A DNA stretch of 64,000 bases from assembly GCA_030390025.1 (NCBI GenBank), contig CM059433.1, forward strand, positions 19,222,001 to 19,286,000, given 5' to 3'. Within the stretch, counting starts at the first letter, position 1. The number at the start of each line of letters is the position of its first letter. Position numbers and translations under genes: made by a program. Positions 63,211 through 64,000 of this stretch are shown in pieces. The notes beneath the pieces are model-generated. The model worked only from the letters and a program-made list of their open reading frames with translations, did no database searches and had not been told where the DNA came from. The DNA comes from Squalus acanthias. Lineage: Eukaryota.

Positions 63211-64000
63211 GTCCTCGATGATTCTGAAAAATCCTTGCTGTATCTACTATACAAGAAGTGTCAGATTTAAGTTTATAAAATAAGCTCTACCGAGTCATTT
63301 GTAGTCCACGAAAGAAACAAAAGCTTAAATAATATTCACTTCCTCCCTACTCCCCTTTCAGAATCGGAGGAAAAAAGATCTCAGTCCAGCATATTTGATT
63401 GATCTGCCACCCATCTGTCTGGGCAGATACAAAAAAAAAAAAATACAAAAAAAAATTAAAAAAAAAAAAAAAAATCGCTGGGGAGAAAAATGGTTGCATA
63501 AGTTCAAATAGCAGCCTCCTAATATAAGTGAAACCATTTTATTATAAAGTCAGGTTATCTATTCAAAGCCGATTGATGGATAAAAGATAAAATGACAGTA
63601 GTTCCTACTGATGTCCTTCAACATGGATGAATTGCTGCTTCAGAATTGTTTGCGATACATTAAAGAACATGGTGAAATCTATTTTCTTTGAAGCAGAAAG
63701 AGGGCGAAAAGGAATGATAGTAGTAGCATCATCACAACTCTCGAAACAGGTCAACATTTTATTGACCTATATCTGGGGACTAAAATTTTACAACTGGTAT
63801 TTTATAACCCCTGGGGGAGGGTGCTAAAGTTAAAGTGTTCCTCTATTAGGGAGGGAGCCATAAACAACGGGTTGTATTAGAGGTCATAGTAAATTAAGGA
63901 AGGTTGTACTGCTGAGCTTGCTGATGAGAATGTAGTTATTTTCTGTGACAGCCAATACTAACCATCCACCAATGTATTCTCATTTGACGAACAGGTTCAC

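Noticed and set aside
50611..64000. ANGPT2 exons 8 and 9
   Set aside because: No FSTKD.DND or WWFDACGPSNLNG-like sequence found; probably downstream

Overview
Vertebrate genomic DNA, almost certainly from a cartilaginous fish (shark), judged by its repeat complement: SacSINE1/DeuSINE-like and HE1/V-SINE-like SINEs, CR1 LINEs and Penelope-like elements. The only host gene is an angiopoietin on the + strand, best assigned as ANGPT2. Coding exons 2-7 (156, 122, 233, 128, 102, 167 nt, all AG/GT flanked) splice into one open frame covering the coiled coil and the first half of the fibrinogen-like domain; exons 1, 8 and 9 were not found and probably lie outside the window. The introns are dense with mobile DNA: CR1 fragments including one with nearly the whole ORF2, Penelope-like fragments carrying minimal hammerhead ribozyme motifs, three TA-flanked Tc1/mariner-type MITEs, about nine 630-760 bp PIF/Harbinger-type MITEs with 3-bp TSDs, and several nested insertions. 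The most interesting signals are the covarying hammerhead motifs, the size-convergent MITE class, an A>G-skewed duplicated CR1 tail, and an old hairpin with ETS-type motifs just downstream of exon 3. No wholly new protein-coding system is supported. All family names come from recalled consensus features, not database searches.
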